A stretch of 64,000 bases of DNA from Octopus sinensis (GCF_006345805.1 NW_021833022.1:24862-88861), one strand, 5' to 3'; counted from the first letter of the stretch, positions 12,790 through 25,779 are shown. The notes: generated from the letters alone by a model not told the origin. A program made the numbers and translations.

Positions 12790-15700
12790 TAATAAAATAA
12801 TCCTTTTATGTTGTGGCATCAGTCCAGCAATTTTAGGGGTAGGGGCTAGTTGTTTGCATCAACCTGTGCTTCACTGGTATTTATTTTATTGCCTCCCAGA
12901 AGAATGAAAAGCAAAGGTAACCTCATTAGAATTTGAACTTGGAACATAGAGAGCTGCTAGACATTTTGTTTGACATGCTATCATATTTGCTTGTTCATTG
13001 CCTAAGTAATACTAATAATAATAACAGTCCAAATATTTAATTTTCCTTTATTTTATCTTCCAGACTCCAGGAACATATCTTATGACATGGGTTTCAGTTG
13101 ATATAATATCTGCTATCATCATCATCACCATACTTATAGTACAATGGTAAGTCAGTGTATTAAATATTTTGGTGTGACCAATTGAAGTATCTTTGAAATA
13201 TCAATGTTCCTTATTATCTAAATACCTTAAATTGGACCCAATTTTGAAGTTTCTATTTATAAGTTATATAATTTATATTATTTATAACATATTCACAAAT
13301 GTTTAAGCATCCATTTATCATATATGTAGTTTCACTGGTAAATTTTACTTTTATATCTCAATATCAAACCTGTCTTGTTTTATATAATTCAACTTGTGTG
13401 AATTATATAATTCAACAACGAAAGAAACAAACAGAAAACAAGACAAGCAACATGAAAAACTACCCTTCATCAGTTGTTGGCTGTTTTTCTACTTCATATT
13501 TCAAGCATTTCACAACAAAGCAAATTAAATCAAATTTGGGATTTTGCGGAGGCTCAGAGTTGGTAACAAAAATAAGACAGTGAAAACAGACAGGAAGGGC
13601 TGCTAAGCCTAGACGAGTTGGGTTGGTGAATGTGGATAAACAAGCTCTGACAAGAGACAGACAAGAATGCATCCAATCCCTGTGACTGATCAGAAAGAAA
13701 GAAGGAAATTCAAGTTAGGAGAAGTAAGATGGCTGACGGTCACGTGTGAGCCAGGAGAGAGCAAAGGCAGAAAAGTGAGGGAGAGAGAGAGTGGGACAGA
13801 CAGAATGGCGAAGGGGAGAGGAATAGACGGATGAGAGAGGAAAACGAAAGGGAGAGAAGAGGAGATAAAGAGAATAGAGATGAAATGAAACAGGGGAAGA
13901 AAAAGGATAGAAAGAGTGTCTCATCAATATTATTAAGATAAAACTTACTTGGAAATGGATGTGTGGCATTCAGTCATATAATAATATAAATAATATATAA
14001 AAATATATATGCATGCATACATATATATACATGCACATATGGGCACAGGACACCATGGAATGTACACAACATAAAATAAACATAAAATACAAAAACAGAA
14101 AACTTATCTTGTTGTGAAATGCTCGAAAATGCGAAGTAGAAAAACTGCCAATAACTGACGAAGTGTCGTCTTTTTCGTGTCGCTTGTCTTGATTTCCGTT
14201 TGTTTCTTTCTTTGTTTGCAAACAAAGTTCAAATTCCATGTTGTCGTATTTCATATGTTTTATATTCATTTTATGTTGTTTATGTTCCATGGTGTCCTGT
14301 GCCCATATGTGCATGTATATACAAATATGCTCATTACCAACCTTCACCTTACTGACAGCATTCCTATACAGGGCTTGTACACTGCCCGATATTTTAAGCA
14401 TCTCAGTAGTGATTCCTGATGGGCCAGGTGCTTTCCCTGTCTTCATATCCTTAATTGCTTTATCTACCAGGGTACTGTCGATGCGGGTAGTTGATCCCTC
14501 AGTTGGGTCGACCTTTGGCAGACTCTCCTCCTCCCATTCATTCTCCACATTCAGAAGTCTTTCATAATGGCATTTCCAAGCCTCTTTCTTTACAGAATCA
14601 TTAAATGCAAGGGCACCATCGTCCATGCAGACACATATCTCTCCTATGACTTCATGGTTTTCTCTCACACACTGTCTTGCAATCCAAAATACTTCGGTTC
14701 TCACATCGCTGAACATTGACAAACTTCTTTTCTGCTACTCCCTTGGTTATATACACCTCTCTCCTAGCTTCCCTTTTGGCTATCCGATACAGTCTCCTGC
14801 TACTCCCATTCTTCCAGGCATTCAAAGCCTGTTTCTTTGCTTTAATGGCCCTGTCTACATTATTGTTCCACCACCATGTTACCCCACGTCTGGAAAGGAC
14901 TTTGCACCAGCCACAGATTTGGTTTGTGGCACTCAGCAAGCTGTCTGACAGGAATTTCCAGTTGTCTTCTATGTCACAGGACTGTAGCTCCTCGTCCCTC
15001 TCATCAAATTTCTCGGTAAGGACTTCCCTAAATTTCCAATCATGCAAAGGGTTCTTAACCTTCCAAGTTCTTCTTTTCCAGATTGGTCTGCTTTTTGGCA
15101 TCCTTCTGGCCTCGAGTCTAAAGTCACTAATAACTAGTCTATGCTGGGGGTATATTCTTCACCAGGGAGGGTCTTTGTATTTAAGAGTTGAACATTGCCC
15201 AACCTAATCTTATTCTCACAGCTATGCTCTTGGAACAACCACCTCCACTACTAACCTGGTCGTCTAGATATCAGAAGCTATCTACTACCTCTAGCTTAGC
15301 CCGCTGGCAGTTGAAGGAGTCTATTTTCCTTACATGTTCAGCATTTATTATGCCTGTGCACCTTCCACATACAAAAGTTAGTTTCTCTGTTAACTTTACT
15401 TTAATGTTGCTGCACCATTTCTGTGTCCAAAGCTTACACTGGGTGCATCTTATGGGAGTCTCTACCTACACTTTTTCTACTGATTGTGCAGGGCCATCTT
15501 CCTGAAGGGAATTGTGATTTGTCTACCTTCCTACTTACTATGACTTGGATTTTCGCTGGGTTAAATCTAAGGCCCTTTGATTCTAGACCTTGTTTCCATA
15601 CCTGGAACTTCTTCTCTACCTCAAGTAGTGATTCAGCTATAACAGCAAGGTCATGAGCATAGAGGACTTCCCAGGAACAGCCTGTCTTGAATTCCTCCAT

Positions 15701-16820
15701 TATTGCCTGGAGGACTATGATGAACAAGAGAGGGCTCAGCACCAATCTTTGGTGAAACCCTACATGTATCCTGAATTTTTCGCTGTACTTGTTGCCCATC
15801 CTCACCTTACTGGTAGCGTCCCTGTACAAAGCTTGTACAGCTCTCACCAACCACTCATCTGTCCCTAGTTTCTGCATTGACCACAAGATAATGGATTGGA
15901 GGACTCTGTCAAAAGCTTTCTCCAAGTCAACAAAAGTCAAGTACAGAGGTTTAACTTTGGCTAGGTATTTCTCCTGCAGCTGTCTTACCAGAAATATAGC
16001 ATCAGTGGTGCTTCTCCCTGGCACAAAACTAAACTGCATCTCATCTAAATTAACTTTCTCCCTGATTAATTGGGCTATGACCTCTCTGCAACTTTCATTA
16101 CCTGATCCAACAATTTGATACCTCTGTAATTATTTTTATCTAAAATATCACCATTACCTTTCAAATAGTTGACTATGGTGCTGCTGCACCAGTGATTCTG
16201 TATGACTCCTTCATGAACCACCTGATTTACAATACGGGTGACTAGACCATATCCCATACTGCCAGATATTTTAAGCATCTCAGTGGTGATTCCTGATGGG
16301 CTGGGGGCTTTTCCTGTCTTCATATCCCTAATTGCTTTATCTACAAGGTTACTGTCAATTCAGATAGCTGGTCCCTCAGTTGGGTCAACATTTGGCTGAC
16401 CCTCCTCCTGCTATTCATTCTTCACATTCAGCAACCCTTCATAATGGCATTTCCAAGCCTCTTTCTTTGCATGTAAAGTTTTACATGTAATGGAAAATTA
16501 TTGCAATGTTTAATAATTTTTTTTTTCCTTTTATTGGTCACTTACTTGAAAACGTCAATCTTTGCAGGGTCCGGTTATTGGGAACACGCTTCAATCCAGA
16601 GACAATTTCGTTACATTCTCAACAGACAATGACTATCCTTACAGACCAGTATCATTCTAATTCAAGAACTATGAAAGAAAAACTATTATTTACTGCCGAC
16701 CAACTCGAAGAAGACATTCTGGAAGCAACAGAAGGTGTTTCTAATGACCATATTGATTCTCCAACCCATCATTACATGAATACAGCTGCCGATACTATTG
16801 TCATCAGTGTTCCTCAGTAG
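1045..16820 (+). CDS. GDPD5/GDE2-family membrane glycerophosphodiester phosphodiesterase, gene A, 3' part (7 coding exons; 5' exons upstream of window)
   Basis: Exons 1045-1127, 3755-3905, 6306-6527, 8004-8152, 9997-10144, 13064-13146 and 16568-16820 join in frame with GT-AG introns and matching phases. Translation has GDPD motifs APENT, FESDVRIS, DGIPFILHDDTLRRTTN, LNAGSWFL, WLFSLYWCLGVQSVTTD, a C-terminal TM helix and MKEKLLF, as in vertebrate GDPD5/GDPD2/GDPD4. Orthology within that trio cannot be resolved by eye. Confidence 0.93.
3755..3905 (+). CDS. GDPD gene A exon (SDGIPFILHDDTLRRTTN...LNAGSWFLE)
   Basis: tttcttacag acceptor, GAG|gtaagt donor; 151 nt; contains the HD catalytic motif; overlaps ORF 3723..3956. 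Confidence 0.95.
4755..4790 (-). ncRNA. Degenerate minimal type I hammerhead ribozyme (Penelope-like element remnant)
   Basis: Minus strand reads UCUU CUGAUGA A GGAC-UAUU-GUCC AAAAC AUU AAGA. Helix I (UCUU/AAGA), the CUGAUGA core and helix II are intact. GAAAC-GU-H reads AAAAC-AU-U (two G>A changes at CpG sites). Confidence 0.55.
6306..6527 (+). CDS. GDPD gene A exon (EDPMGVVGSL...KTGIPLKQ)
   Basis: catattag acceptor, CAG|gtaaat donor; 222 nt, phase 0/0; aligns by eye to GDPD5 TDPFWTASSL...SGFPQHQ. Confidence 0.9.
8004..8152 (+). CDS. GDPD gene A exon (IWWFSKVYHS...RYDTLSEDEIL)
   Basis: tttttatag acceptor, CT|gtaagt donor; 149 nt, phase 0 to 2. Confidence 0.88.
9997..10144 (+). CDS. GDPD gene A exon (QYLESNITTNVYLVNTYWLFSLYWCLGVQSVTTDECHVLNKIEKPLWHL)
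   Basis: ttgttttcag acceptor, TTG|gtaagt donor; 148 nt; matches the GDPD5 [25 protein letters not shown] pattern. Confidence 0.95.
10385..10810 (-). mobile_element. Two head-to-tail tRNA-derived SINE copies with (ATT/ATC)n tails
   Basis: Two same-orientation copies of the TGGCAGAATCGTTAGC...GAGTTCAAATTC SINE (Pol III A/B-box-like) separated by AAT/GAT repeats. Confidence 0.75.
11150..11900 (-). mobile_element. piggyBac-like transposon relic (5' end and N-terminal transposase)
   Basis: TTAA at 11897-11900 abuts a CCCTTTCGTTACC terminus. ORF 11248..11538 has an acidic N-terminus followed by DYFFLLF...IITAETNRYA, typical of PGBD-type transposases. The ORF is truncated. Confidence 0.75.
12310..12990 (-). 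mobile_element. Array of three head-to-tail SINE copies separated by (AAT)n
   Basis: Copies at about 12310-12490, 12530-12735 and 12810-12990 share CTAACGATTCTGCCAGC, GAATTTGAACTCAGAA and AAAGGATGAAAGGCAAAG blocks. Confidence 0.8.
13064..13146 (+). CDS. GDPD gene A exon, last transmembrane helix (TPGTYLMTWVSVDIISAIIIITILIVQW)
   Basis: tatcttccag acceptor, TG|gtaagt donor; 83 nt; hydrophobic helix resembling GDPD5 PPDEYCLMWVTADLVSFTLIVGIFVLQ. Confidence 0.92.
14030..14315. mobile_element. Inverted-repeat element (MITE-like or Penelope-derived palindrome)
   Basis: Perfect 31-bp terminal inverted repeats CATGCACATATGGGCACAGGACACCATGGAA (14030-14060 and 14285-14315), flanked by TA on both sides. 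The interior is homologous in reverse orientation to about 13415-13530. Confidence 0.65.
14330..16470 (-). mobile_element. Two juxtaposed degenerate RTE-clade LINE fragments in the last intron of GDPD gene A
   Basis: RT motifs MKTGKAPGPSGI, QFSFVPGRSTTDAIFLVRQLQEKYL, FVDLEKAFDRV, LSPLLFIIV, LYAHDL; endonuclease end QHRLVISDF. 14385-14590 and 16262-16468 are homologous to each other. Confidence 0.9.
16568..16820 (+). CDS. GDPD gene A terminal coding exon (VRLLGTRFNPETISL...MKEKLLF...VPQ*)
   Basis: atctttgcag acceptor, phase 2, TAG stop at 16818-16820; the FNPE and MKEKLLF motifs resemble the GDPD5 tail. Confidence 0.88.
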
Positions 16821-17639
16821 ATACAAGTTTACTGAAAACATTGAGACAATTCAAAAGATTCATAGAATTCCAAACCAAATTCCATTTGTTATACTACTTT
16901 CCAGGAAAATATGGAATTTATAATTAAAAAAAAATATATATTTTATGAATGACTCTTTGTGATGGGATTTTGGCACATTTATTTTCCTTTTTTTTTTTAT
17001 ATACCAGAAAGCAATCTTTGGCTCTATGTTGATGTGTTTTATTCTGTGAATATTTAAGATTTTTTTTTTTAATGGCTTAGTCAAAAGACAAAGAGCAGCG
17101 CCCATGACCTTTTTCATGGCCTTTAAGATTGGTCAGAGGAAGTGAGGATTTTATCCTCAGATTAGAGATCTAGTTTCAAAGCTTGCAACAGAACTGATTC
17201 TGTTAAAGGCACCCAAGGACCAGGTGGGGGTGTTAAACCGGGTGATGGCATAAGTTCACCACCCAATAAATGCCTTATGCATGTTTCATACTTTTTTCTT
17301 TCTTTCTTTCATTTTTTTTCTTCGCTTTTTTTTGCTGCCCTTGCAATGTGCTGAGATTTATCGAAAACTGTTTTCCAGTTTTAGCTTCCATTGTCATGCC
17401 AGATGAGAGATAAATGATCAGAAATTTTATTAATCTTCCTGATTCTGTCCTTTCAATGTTTGACTTATAGATGAGGACATCATTGACTGATGGGATGACG
17501 TCTTACCAATTAACAACTATGAAAGGCATACGACTTAGTAAAAAAATAGATCCTTTTTTGATTGTTTGAGAATACTGTGAATTTCTCAAGAATAATTCTT
17601 ATACTTTTTTATTTTGAAAGAAACATTGTTGTTTGTGTG

Positions 17640-18015
17640 TGGATGTGTGTATTTAAGTATATATGTGGAAAAGAGGATGTGTGTGTGTGTGTGTGTGTGT
17701 CTATGTATGGTTGTGTGTATTTGTGTACATGTACATATACCTGTATGTATATATAGATATATCTATGTGTGTGTGTATATATACATATATATGTATATAT
17801 GTATGTATATATATGTATATATATATATGTATGTATTTATATGTATGTATATATGTATGTATTTATATATATATATGTGTGTATGTATGAATATATATAT
17901 GTGTATATATATATATATATACATACATACATATGTATATATGTGTATGTATATATATATATGCTAAACGATGATGATGATGATGTATATACATACATAT
18001 ATGTATGTATGTATT
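17640..18015. repeat. Compound (TG)n/(TA)n/(TATG)n microsatellite
   Basis: Directly visible low-complexity tract; it explains spurious ORFs 17562-18017. Confidence 0.95.
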
Positions 18016-18522
18016 AATATTTGTTTTGTGTGTTTAGTTCTGTATAAAAACAGTCAAACATTAAATAGAAAGGTCAATCAATGGCTTTCAGTAGAATAAA
18101 CACACTTCATTTTTGCAAGGGAAAGGTTAACACTCACTTTAATGTTTCAGCTATGTAACCATAATTGGACTGTAAATTGCTTCATTAACATATATATGAG
18201 TGCATGCATTTGCTTGTGTACATACATATGTTTGCATGCAGATAGGTATATGAATATATTCTAGTGCATGATGATGATGATGATATACATGAGTGGACAA
18301 ATGAAAGGGGACTCAATGCATTTATTAAGAGTTGCATGTATTATTCAAAACAGTTTGATTTATAATCCATGCTACTTCAAGTTTCACAGGCCCCTAATGG
18401 AGCTTCTTTCCTCAGGCTCATGGAATATCCAAGTTCCACAAGCCTGAAGAGCCAGATTCCATTAGGCGCCTGCAAAACCTGAACTAGCACAGAATGTGAG
18501 TTAAAGTGTTTTGAATAATGTT

Positions 18523-18567
<45 letters not shown>

Positions 18568-19524
18568 TATATATACACGCACACACACAAACATACGCAT
18601 GCATGTATATACATGAACATGTAGATTTATCTGTATATGTAAAAATGTTTGTCTATTGAAACTCAAATGTATTGTGTATTTTTGTGTGTGTATGACTAGA
18701 TGCATGTGTACTAACTCACCAAGATGTATAGATAGATCTGTGGCTATATAAATGCATGTATGGATCCATTGGCTATTGTTGAAAAATTTATGGCATCAAA
18801 ATCTCTATTAGCATAAAATAATGAATGCTGATGTTTATCTACAAAGCCAGTACTTAAAAATCATATACCCTGTCTTTGACCTTCTCCTTCCATACAAACC
18901 CAACCTGTCTCACCTCTATCAACATACATGCTTGAATGAAGCACTCAATACTAAAAAAAAAACAGTCATTAACTTCCAATACTAAGCAATAACAAACTTA
19001 ATGGAAGCCACCTCATGAAATTCAACAAATCTTCCAACACAAACCACTCAATGTGACCTACCTGTGATTTGTTTCTCTCTAAAATATAACTTCCATCACC
19101 TGTATTTACATATATGCTCTAACAATAACGTAAATAATCAATAATTCCTTTAGGTACCCAATTAGTTTCTGCATAATTTTAATTTATCAAACCAGAGAAA
19201 ATGTCTATACCACACCATCCTTTCTACTGTCACCCTATCAACAATTACTTTTTCCTCTCCTTTCTTTTCTATATATTCTATTTCTTCTTTCTCCCTACAA
19301 ACACCTTTTTTTGCTTACCTAATAATATCATCCAATAAAGGTATATATTTATTTACCACAAAATTACACTATTACACCATGCATTACTTTGCACACACAT
19401 TGCACAAGATAAACTTCAAATAATTATATTTACGATTTGGAAAACCAACTTATAGTTTGATAAGAGCAACACAGTTAACATTTTGCTTGAAAAAATTATA
19501 TATATGTATATATATATATATATT

Positions 19525-19875
19525 CAATTGCCACTAATTATGACTGAGGGTACTGGATAGCACTTATATTGCTAGAAATAAGAGTTAAAATAACCCTTAG
19601 TACTGCAAGAAAGCGCATTTTCATATGTTCACAGGGGAGATAACTACCCCCACAGTGAAACTAAATCACCATACTAGGCTAGTTTCATTTGAAAATTGTA
19701 ATTTTCAAACAATACAAGCTGAGTATAATGATCTAGCTTCGCTGTGGGTTGGTTGTTTCCCCTGACAGTATACAAAAATGCGTTTTTTTTTTTTGCAGTT
19801 CTAAGGATTTTTTTACTCCTATTTCTTGCAATAAAGGTACCACCTGATACTCTCAGTCACAATTAGTGAGAATTG
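19525..19875. mobile_element. Foldback/MITE with imperfect inverted arms of about 150 bp
   Basis: CACTAATTATGACTGAGGGTA...CCACAGTGAAACTA is mirrored by TAGCTTCGCTGTGGG...TACTCTCAGTCACAATTAGTG. Confidence 0.65.
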
Positions 19876-22800
19876 AATTTTTCCCTTTTTGGTTTTATTT
19901 TGCAGATAGCTGCCTTCATTATTACATACACACACACACACACACCACACACACACACACACACACAGAAAGAGAGAAAGAGATTCAACATGACATTGAA
20001 CGTTGGTGGTTTGTGATCAGATCCTACTTGAAGAATTTTATATATGTAATTCATATTAAAGAAGGAATTGTCAATGTTAGAGCAAATTAATGTCCCTGTC
20101 TTCCTTACACAAACAGTTAATTAATTTAGATCATTATGTTTATTTGTTACAACTCAAATGTTTGCATTTGGTCTGCAAACTTTGCACTTTTTGCAGTCTT
20201 TGTACCATTCCTGTGCATACTTTGAATCCACTTTGTGAGGGAGTGGAATCAATAGAATTTATGTCTGTATTTCTGTATGTGTGTATGCCTGTCAAACAGT
20301 CTGTCTGTGTATGTATGTATGCATGTATTTAATGTGAGCAGGAGTCTATAAAAATAAGGATAAACTATAAAAATAAATACAATTTTGTTCTCTAGTTTCT
20401 CCTGCTTTGATTACAATCCATCATTTATAAGCAAATCTTTTTGGGGTTTTTTTTTTTTTTTAAGTTACCTTTACTCTGTCAACAAAATTTACTTTTAAGA
20501 ATTACAATGAACCAAGGTTTATAGCTATTCTCATTCAAATTGCAGTAATGATATTACAAATTCTTGGTTGTGTGACAGTAAATATCTTAATTTTTATTTT
20601 GAAGATAAGGCCTAATTAATTTAACATATAGTTAGTTACTATGATGAAGACGTGTGTCTGTGTCTATGTCTGTGTGTGTGTCCAACCCATACTAGCATGG
20701 AAAATGGATGTTAAATGATGATAATAATGATATTTTTTTTATTAACTTCAAAGTATCAATTCTAAAGCGTACTTTGTTTAATGGTTGTAACACATTGATA
20801 TGTGTAAGAGTCTTTCAATTTAATTTGATTATTGTCCTCTGACAAACTCTGCTAATACAAGGTCCAATATTACCTCTTTCACAGTTCTGCTGCAAAGTTG
20901 TAGATTGCCTTAATTCATCATGTGGTGTTAATCAGAGATTATATGAAAATTCTCTTTTGAATTAGCTTTTAATTCAAAATGCCTATTGAAAACCTCAATG
21001 AGGTTTTTAAGCAAGTTATTTTCCTTTAGTGGATTTTTTTTTTAACATTTGAAAATGCATTTTATTTATTGTTTAGATCAAACTTCAATATATTTCTGGT
21101 GATATGATTATTTTGTGATACTGTACAATAGTGAGAAATGGACATTGAAAGTAGATCTGTAAAGCCTGGTGAGAAATGTGGGTGGGCAGGATGTGTTGGG
21201 TGTGTGAAGCATGAAAGCCAGAATGCAAGAGGACATTAAAGGCATCAGCCAATGTATGAAGGAGAGAAGACTGGATTGGTATGGAGATTGAAGGCATAGG
21301 CATAGCTGTATGAATAAAAAGTTTGCTTCACACTCATGGTTTTGTGTATAACCACATTGCATAATGTCTTAGGCAAGGGTCTTCTATTGGCTCAGGTTGA
21401 CATTTGAGTGAAATCCTGTAGATGGAAACTGTACTAAAGTTCATTATATACTTGTATGTATATATTTGTGTGAGTGCTTGTAAGTATATATATATGTCTA
21501 TATATATATATGCATATATGTGTCAATATATGTATAAATGTGTGTTTGTTTCTGTTTGCATTAACATTGCTTACATCAGTTTATCTACTGCATGAACAAT
21601 GTTCCACAGTTTAGCAGTTCATTGTATGAGACCAATGGAATGAAGTACCTTTTTATTTGCATCAGGAAGGGTGCCTGGCCTTAGAATACTGCCTCAAGGA
21701 GTCCAACTCATTCCTGCATAGAAAAAGCAATTGTAAAAATGATGATGATGTGATAAGAATGGGCCTAATAAGTGCTGGGTATATCATCAATGAAGGGTCT
21801 TTGTAACAGGAGTCTAGGGAAGACATGAAGTAGTGAGGGTCAGATATCAGGATCCCGTCAACAGAAGATGTAATGTATTCATCTAACCCATGCCAGCATG
21901 GGACAATAGATATTAAAATGATGATGATTGTTAATTTTTTTACACGTTGAAAACTGCTGTTAGACATTTTCTAGAAGCAATCAAGATATTACGTCAAAGT
22001 TATTAAATTTGTAGTTATATGTTGTTATTTAAAAGATATGTTATTTGCAGATATGATTAGAAATCCCAGCATTGCTATGGCCCATAGACTGGGACCAATA
22101 AGAGAGTATAAATAAAAGCTAAAACGTAAATACGCAAAGTTTATTATTTATTTATTTCCATATCTAGAAATCATGTTAAATTAAATAAATAAATTATAAA
22201 TATTCTTTTAAAATATGTCAAAAACTTTCCGGTGTTTGAGATATACATACAGCATTTACTTCAGTATGTTGGGAGCAAAATGTTGCTCTAGTGTTGCTGT
22301 GATGAAAATAATAACTACCGTATGTATTTTTAAACATTGAGATTAAAAAAATAACGGTGCCTTTCTATTCTCGAATTTGCTGAGTTGTTTAGGTCTTTTG
22401 TTGTATATTATTGTAACTTTGCTATTTTATTCTACCTCCCTGAGTGATAGTTGCTAAATTGCCTTTGTTTCTTTTTAACATCCTTGAGTAAATGTTGAGA
22501 CTTGTAACGCTGAATGATAAAAGTAATGATGAACTACATATTCTAGATAATAAGAAAATCTATTGTCTTTCCATATAAATATTCTGCCTAATTTTCTTTG
22601 TATTGTGTACGTTACAAATTATAAAAATAGTGAAGAAAATAATAATGTGAATGTAAAATAACTTCCAGATTGCCAAAGAATATTAAAAACTACGTTATAG
22701 CAAATTTGAATTACTTAAACAATTCAAAAAGTGTATCAAAACATGTTGTCAGATGTGCCATATTTTTTAAATGTGATTTGAACTTATACATGAAAATTAA

Positions 22801-23589
22801 TTTGATTTTCCTATATGTAGATTATTTTAAATTTTACTTTTCTTGCTTAAATTCCTTACCACAGATGACTTCGTGATATCTTTTTATTATCTCCCTTGAA
22901 TTTTACGCCCCCCCCCTCCTTTTTTTAAATATATAAAATAATTTTCAAATCTTATTAGCAGAATTGTTTTCTGTGTTTTAAAATTTTATCTTATGTATCT
23001 TTTCTACCTGTAATCTGTATGTGAAAAACTGGGGATTGTTTTTATCATGAAAAATTATTCAGTGAAGTTCATGTTGGCTGAAGAAGAGGAATCAAAAGGT
23101 TTTAGGTTCTTTCATTTGTGAAAGAGAAACATTTCTTCTGTTTAAATTTTTTTTTTTTGTTCTGAGTTGAAGGATGTTCAGGAGACCCCATAATCGCCTT
23201 CTTCCCACCAGATACAAACTTATTCAGATCACGCCCCCACCAAATCAGACTCATTATCCCACAGCATTTTATTTTTAATTAATTTAAATTTTGATGTTGT
23301 CTTCCCTGCCTTTCTTGACCAGAGTTTATAATTATACTTGATTTTTTTTAAAATCCGTACAGGTATAATTGTAATCAAATTTAATTATAATGCATGTTAG
23401 TGAACAAAATTTGAGCACTTGAAACAAGGGAGCCAACTCTTCGTGACTTATTGGTACCTTCCTAAAGCAAGAATTTTATTCTGATAGATTTGCTGTATTA
23501 TCGGTAAAAATCAGATAATATATATATATATATATATATACATACATACACACACACAGTCAATTCAAATAATATATATAACGTTGGTA

Positions 23590-23940
23590 TAATTATACAT
23601 ATTCCTACCAACTTTGTTTCTTCATAACTTTCTGAAAAATTTATGTTTTAATAAAATTTTCACCTAATATGTTTCAGTAGGCGTGGATTATGATTATGTC
23701 AGAATTTGATGCGCAAAAACGTAGGTGGAGGAAGTAATGTGGAGGCGGATAATTCATACATTTTATCAAAACATGATGAGGAAACAAAGTTGAGATGTGG
23801 GAATTATTCATCCCTCACCCCAGTTTTTTTCTGTTTTCATATCAAATTCTGAAATAATTGTAATCATCTGCATTTAATCAAAAGAATATCTATTTTTCAG
23901 AAAGTTATCAAGAAACAAATTGAGGTAGTGCAAATTATCT
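23590..23940. mobile_element. Foldback/MITE with imperfect inverted arms
   Basis: TTTGTTTCTTCATAACTTTCTGAAAAAT is mirrored by ATTTTTCAGAAAGTTATCAAGAAACAAA; CAGAATTTGAT is mirrored by ATCAAATTCTG. Confidence 0.6.
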
Positions 23941-25779
23941 AGAACTTCTCTCTTCTACCCTGAAAAAATTTTACACGACAAATTCCAATATAACTTAATC
24001 TAAACCATCAAAATTTCATTTAAATAATATACCATTTTTTCTGAAAGTTAGACAGAAACAAAGGGTTGTAGGGGTATATATCTGTAGTTATGTCATAACT
24101 TTAGCTTATTTCCTTATAATCATCAATCAGTGCCAATGAACATCTCTGTCTTTTATGAGTCTTCTGGTGATTAATGCATTTAAATCTTTAACATGCAAAT
24201 ATCCTTAAAATATAATTTGGTGTTAAAAGCCTTTTGAATAACTGAAGTTACTGTATTTGGGAATCTTATTTATATATGCATGTGTGCTAATGTGTATGCA
24301 CGTGTGTATAAGCGCATGATTATCTGTAAGAATTTTGTTTGCATATATGTATGTGTCTGTGTTTGTGTGCATATATTTATATATATGTGTGTGTATATAT
24401 ATATATATAAAACTAAGTGTGTGCATATAATTATAAAATTACATATCCCCAAAGCATACATACATACACAAACATACATATATGAAAATCTGTTTTGGAA
24501 TTGGCTTTAATGAATAAATGAGGGAGAAGACTAAATGGAGATTGCTCCTTGTTTTACAAGGTGTCCAATATGACCTGGAGATGTCTTCTTGATGTGCTTT
24601 AGAAATGAAAATTATAGTTTGTAGTTCTATAACAATATGAGCAGCACTCTAACTTGGGCTGTACTTGAGTTTGTGAGTTAGCAACTGATACGGGCAAAAA
24701 TTGCTATTATTCCCAGTCTCAGTTCTCATTAAGTAGACATATAATTAATATTACAGCCTTTATCATCCCATCTTTTCAAGGGTACATTATTCAGTGTGTC
24801 TTTATTTAATTTTTTTATTTTTTGTAAGAGGTGATTTTGTGATGGTGTGTAACTTAGTGCTTGAGGCATTGCATTCAGAGTCACAAGACAGTGGTTTCAA
24901 GATAGTGATTTGTTGTGTTCTTGAGCAAAACACTTCATTTCATGTTGCTCCAGTCCACTCAGCTGTGAATGAGTAACCTGTGGCAGACTGGTGTTTCCCT
25001 GAATGGAACACCAGGGAAATATTGTGATCTCGATCACTTAAACACCATGGAAATCAGATATCAGACACCATGAATCTTAGGACTTGAGACAATAATGTCT
25101 ATAGGCTGATGCTGACAACATTATTTGATGGAGATTTAGCTACTATATCTAGCAGGGTGATTGTAAAGGTTTCTTCTGCTTTGGCTCATATTTGCTGAAA
25201 TATTTTTTGGAACTAACATTGTACTATTACAAGGAAGAGGAAACCAAGCATTTCGGATGCAGTTATGACAGTGATATAAATTTGTAGTTGCAGTAAGGGA
25301 ACCTTAGCGTTTGTGTTAGAACTTTTAGCTTCTTTGTTATGTATAATGATTGTGATGGAAGGGACTATAATGTCATGTCCCTTTTGGGAGGATCCTTTTG
25401 AAATCTCTATTGGTGGAAACACTGAAAATGTAGCATGGGGGCGTCTACTGGTACTACTGGCATTTTGTCAGTTACAGCAATGAGAGTTCCACTTGAACCA
25501 ATCAACCTGCTCATGAAACTAATGTGCAAGTGACTGAGCATTCCACAGACATGTATACCCTTAATGTAATTCTCAGGTAGATTCAGTGTGACACAGTAAC
25601 AAAGCTGGCCCTTTGAAATACAGGTGCAATTCATTTTTGCCAGCTGAGTGGACTGGAGTAACATGAAATAAAGTGCCTTGCTTAGGACACAATGTGCTGC
25701 CGGGAGTCAAACTCATGACCTTATGATTGTGAGCCAAATACCCTTACCACTAAGGCGTGTGCCTTCATGATGGGGTGTC

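Noticed and set aside
14150-14200. CUGACGA (and CUGAUGA at about 13465, minus strand) as further hammerheads
   Set aside because: No helix II followed by GAAA could be built.
13970-14722. Longest ORF in the track (250 aa)
   Set aside because: It is a chimera of an RTE linker fragment, an inverted-repeat element and low-complexity sequence, not a gene.
17562-18017. Several overlapping Cys/Val/Tyr/Ile-rich ORFs (also 24223-24510, 32009-32375, 62417-62689)
   Set aside because: They are translations of (TG)n/(TA)n microsatellites.
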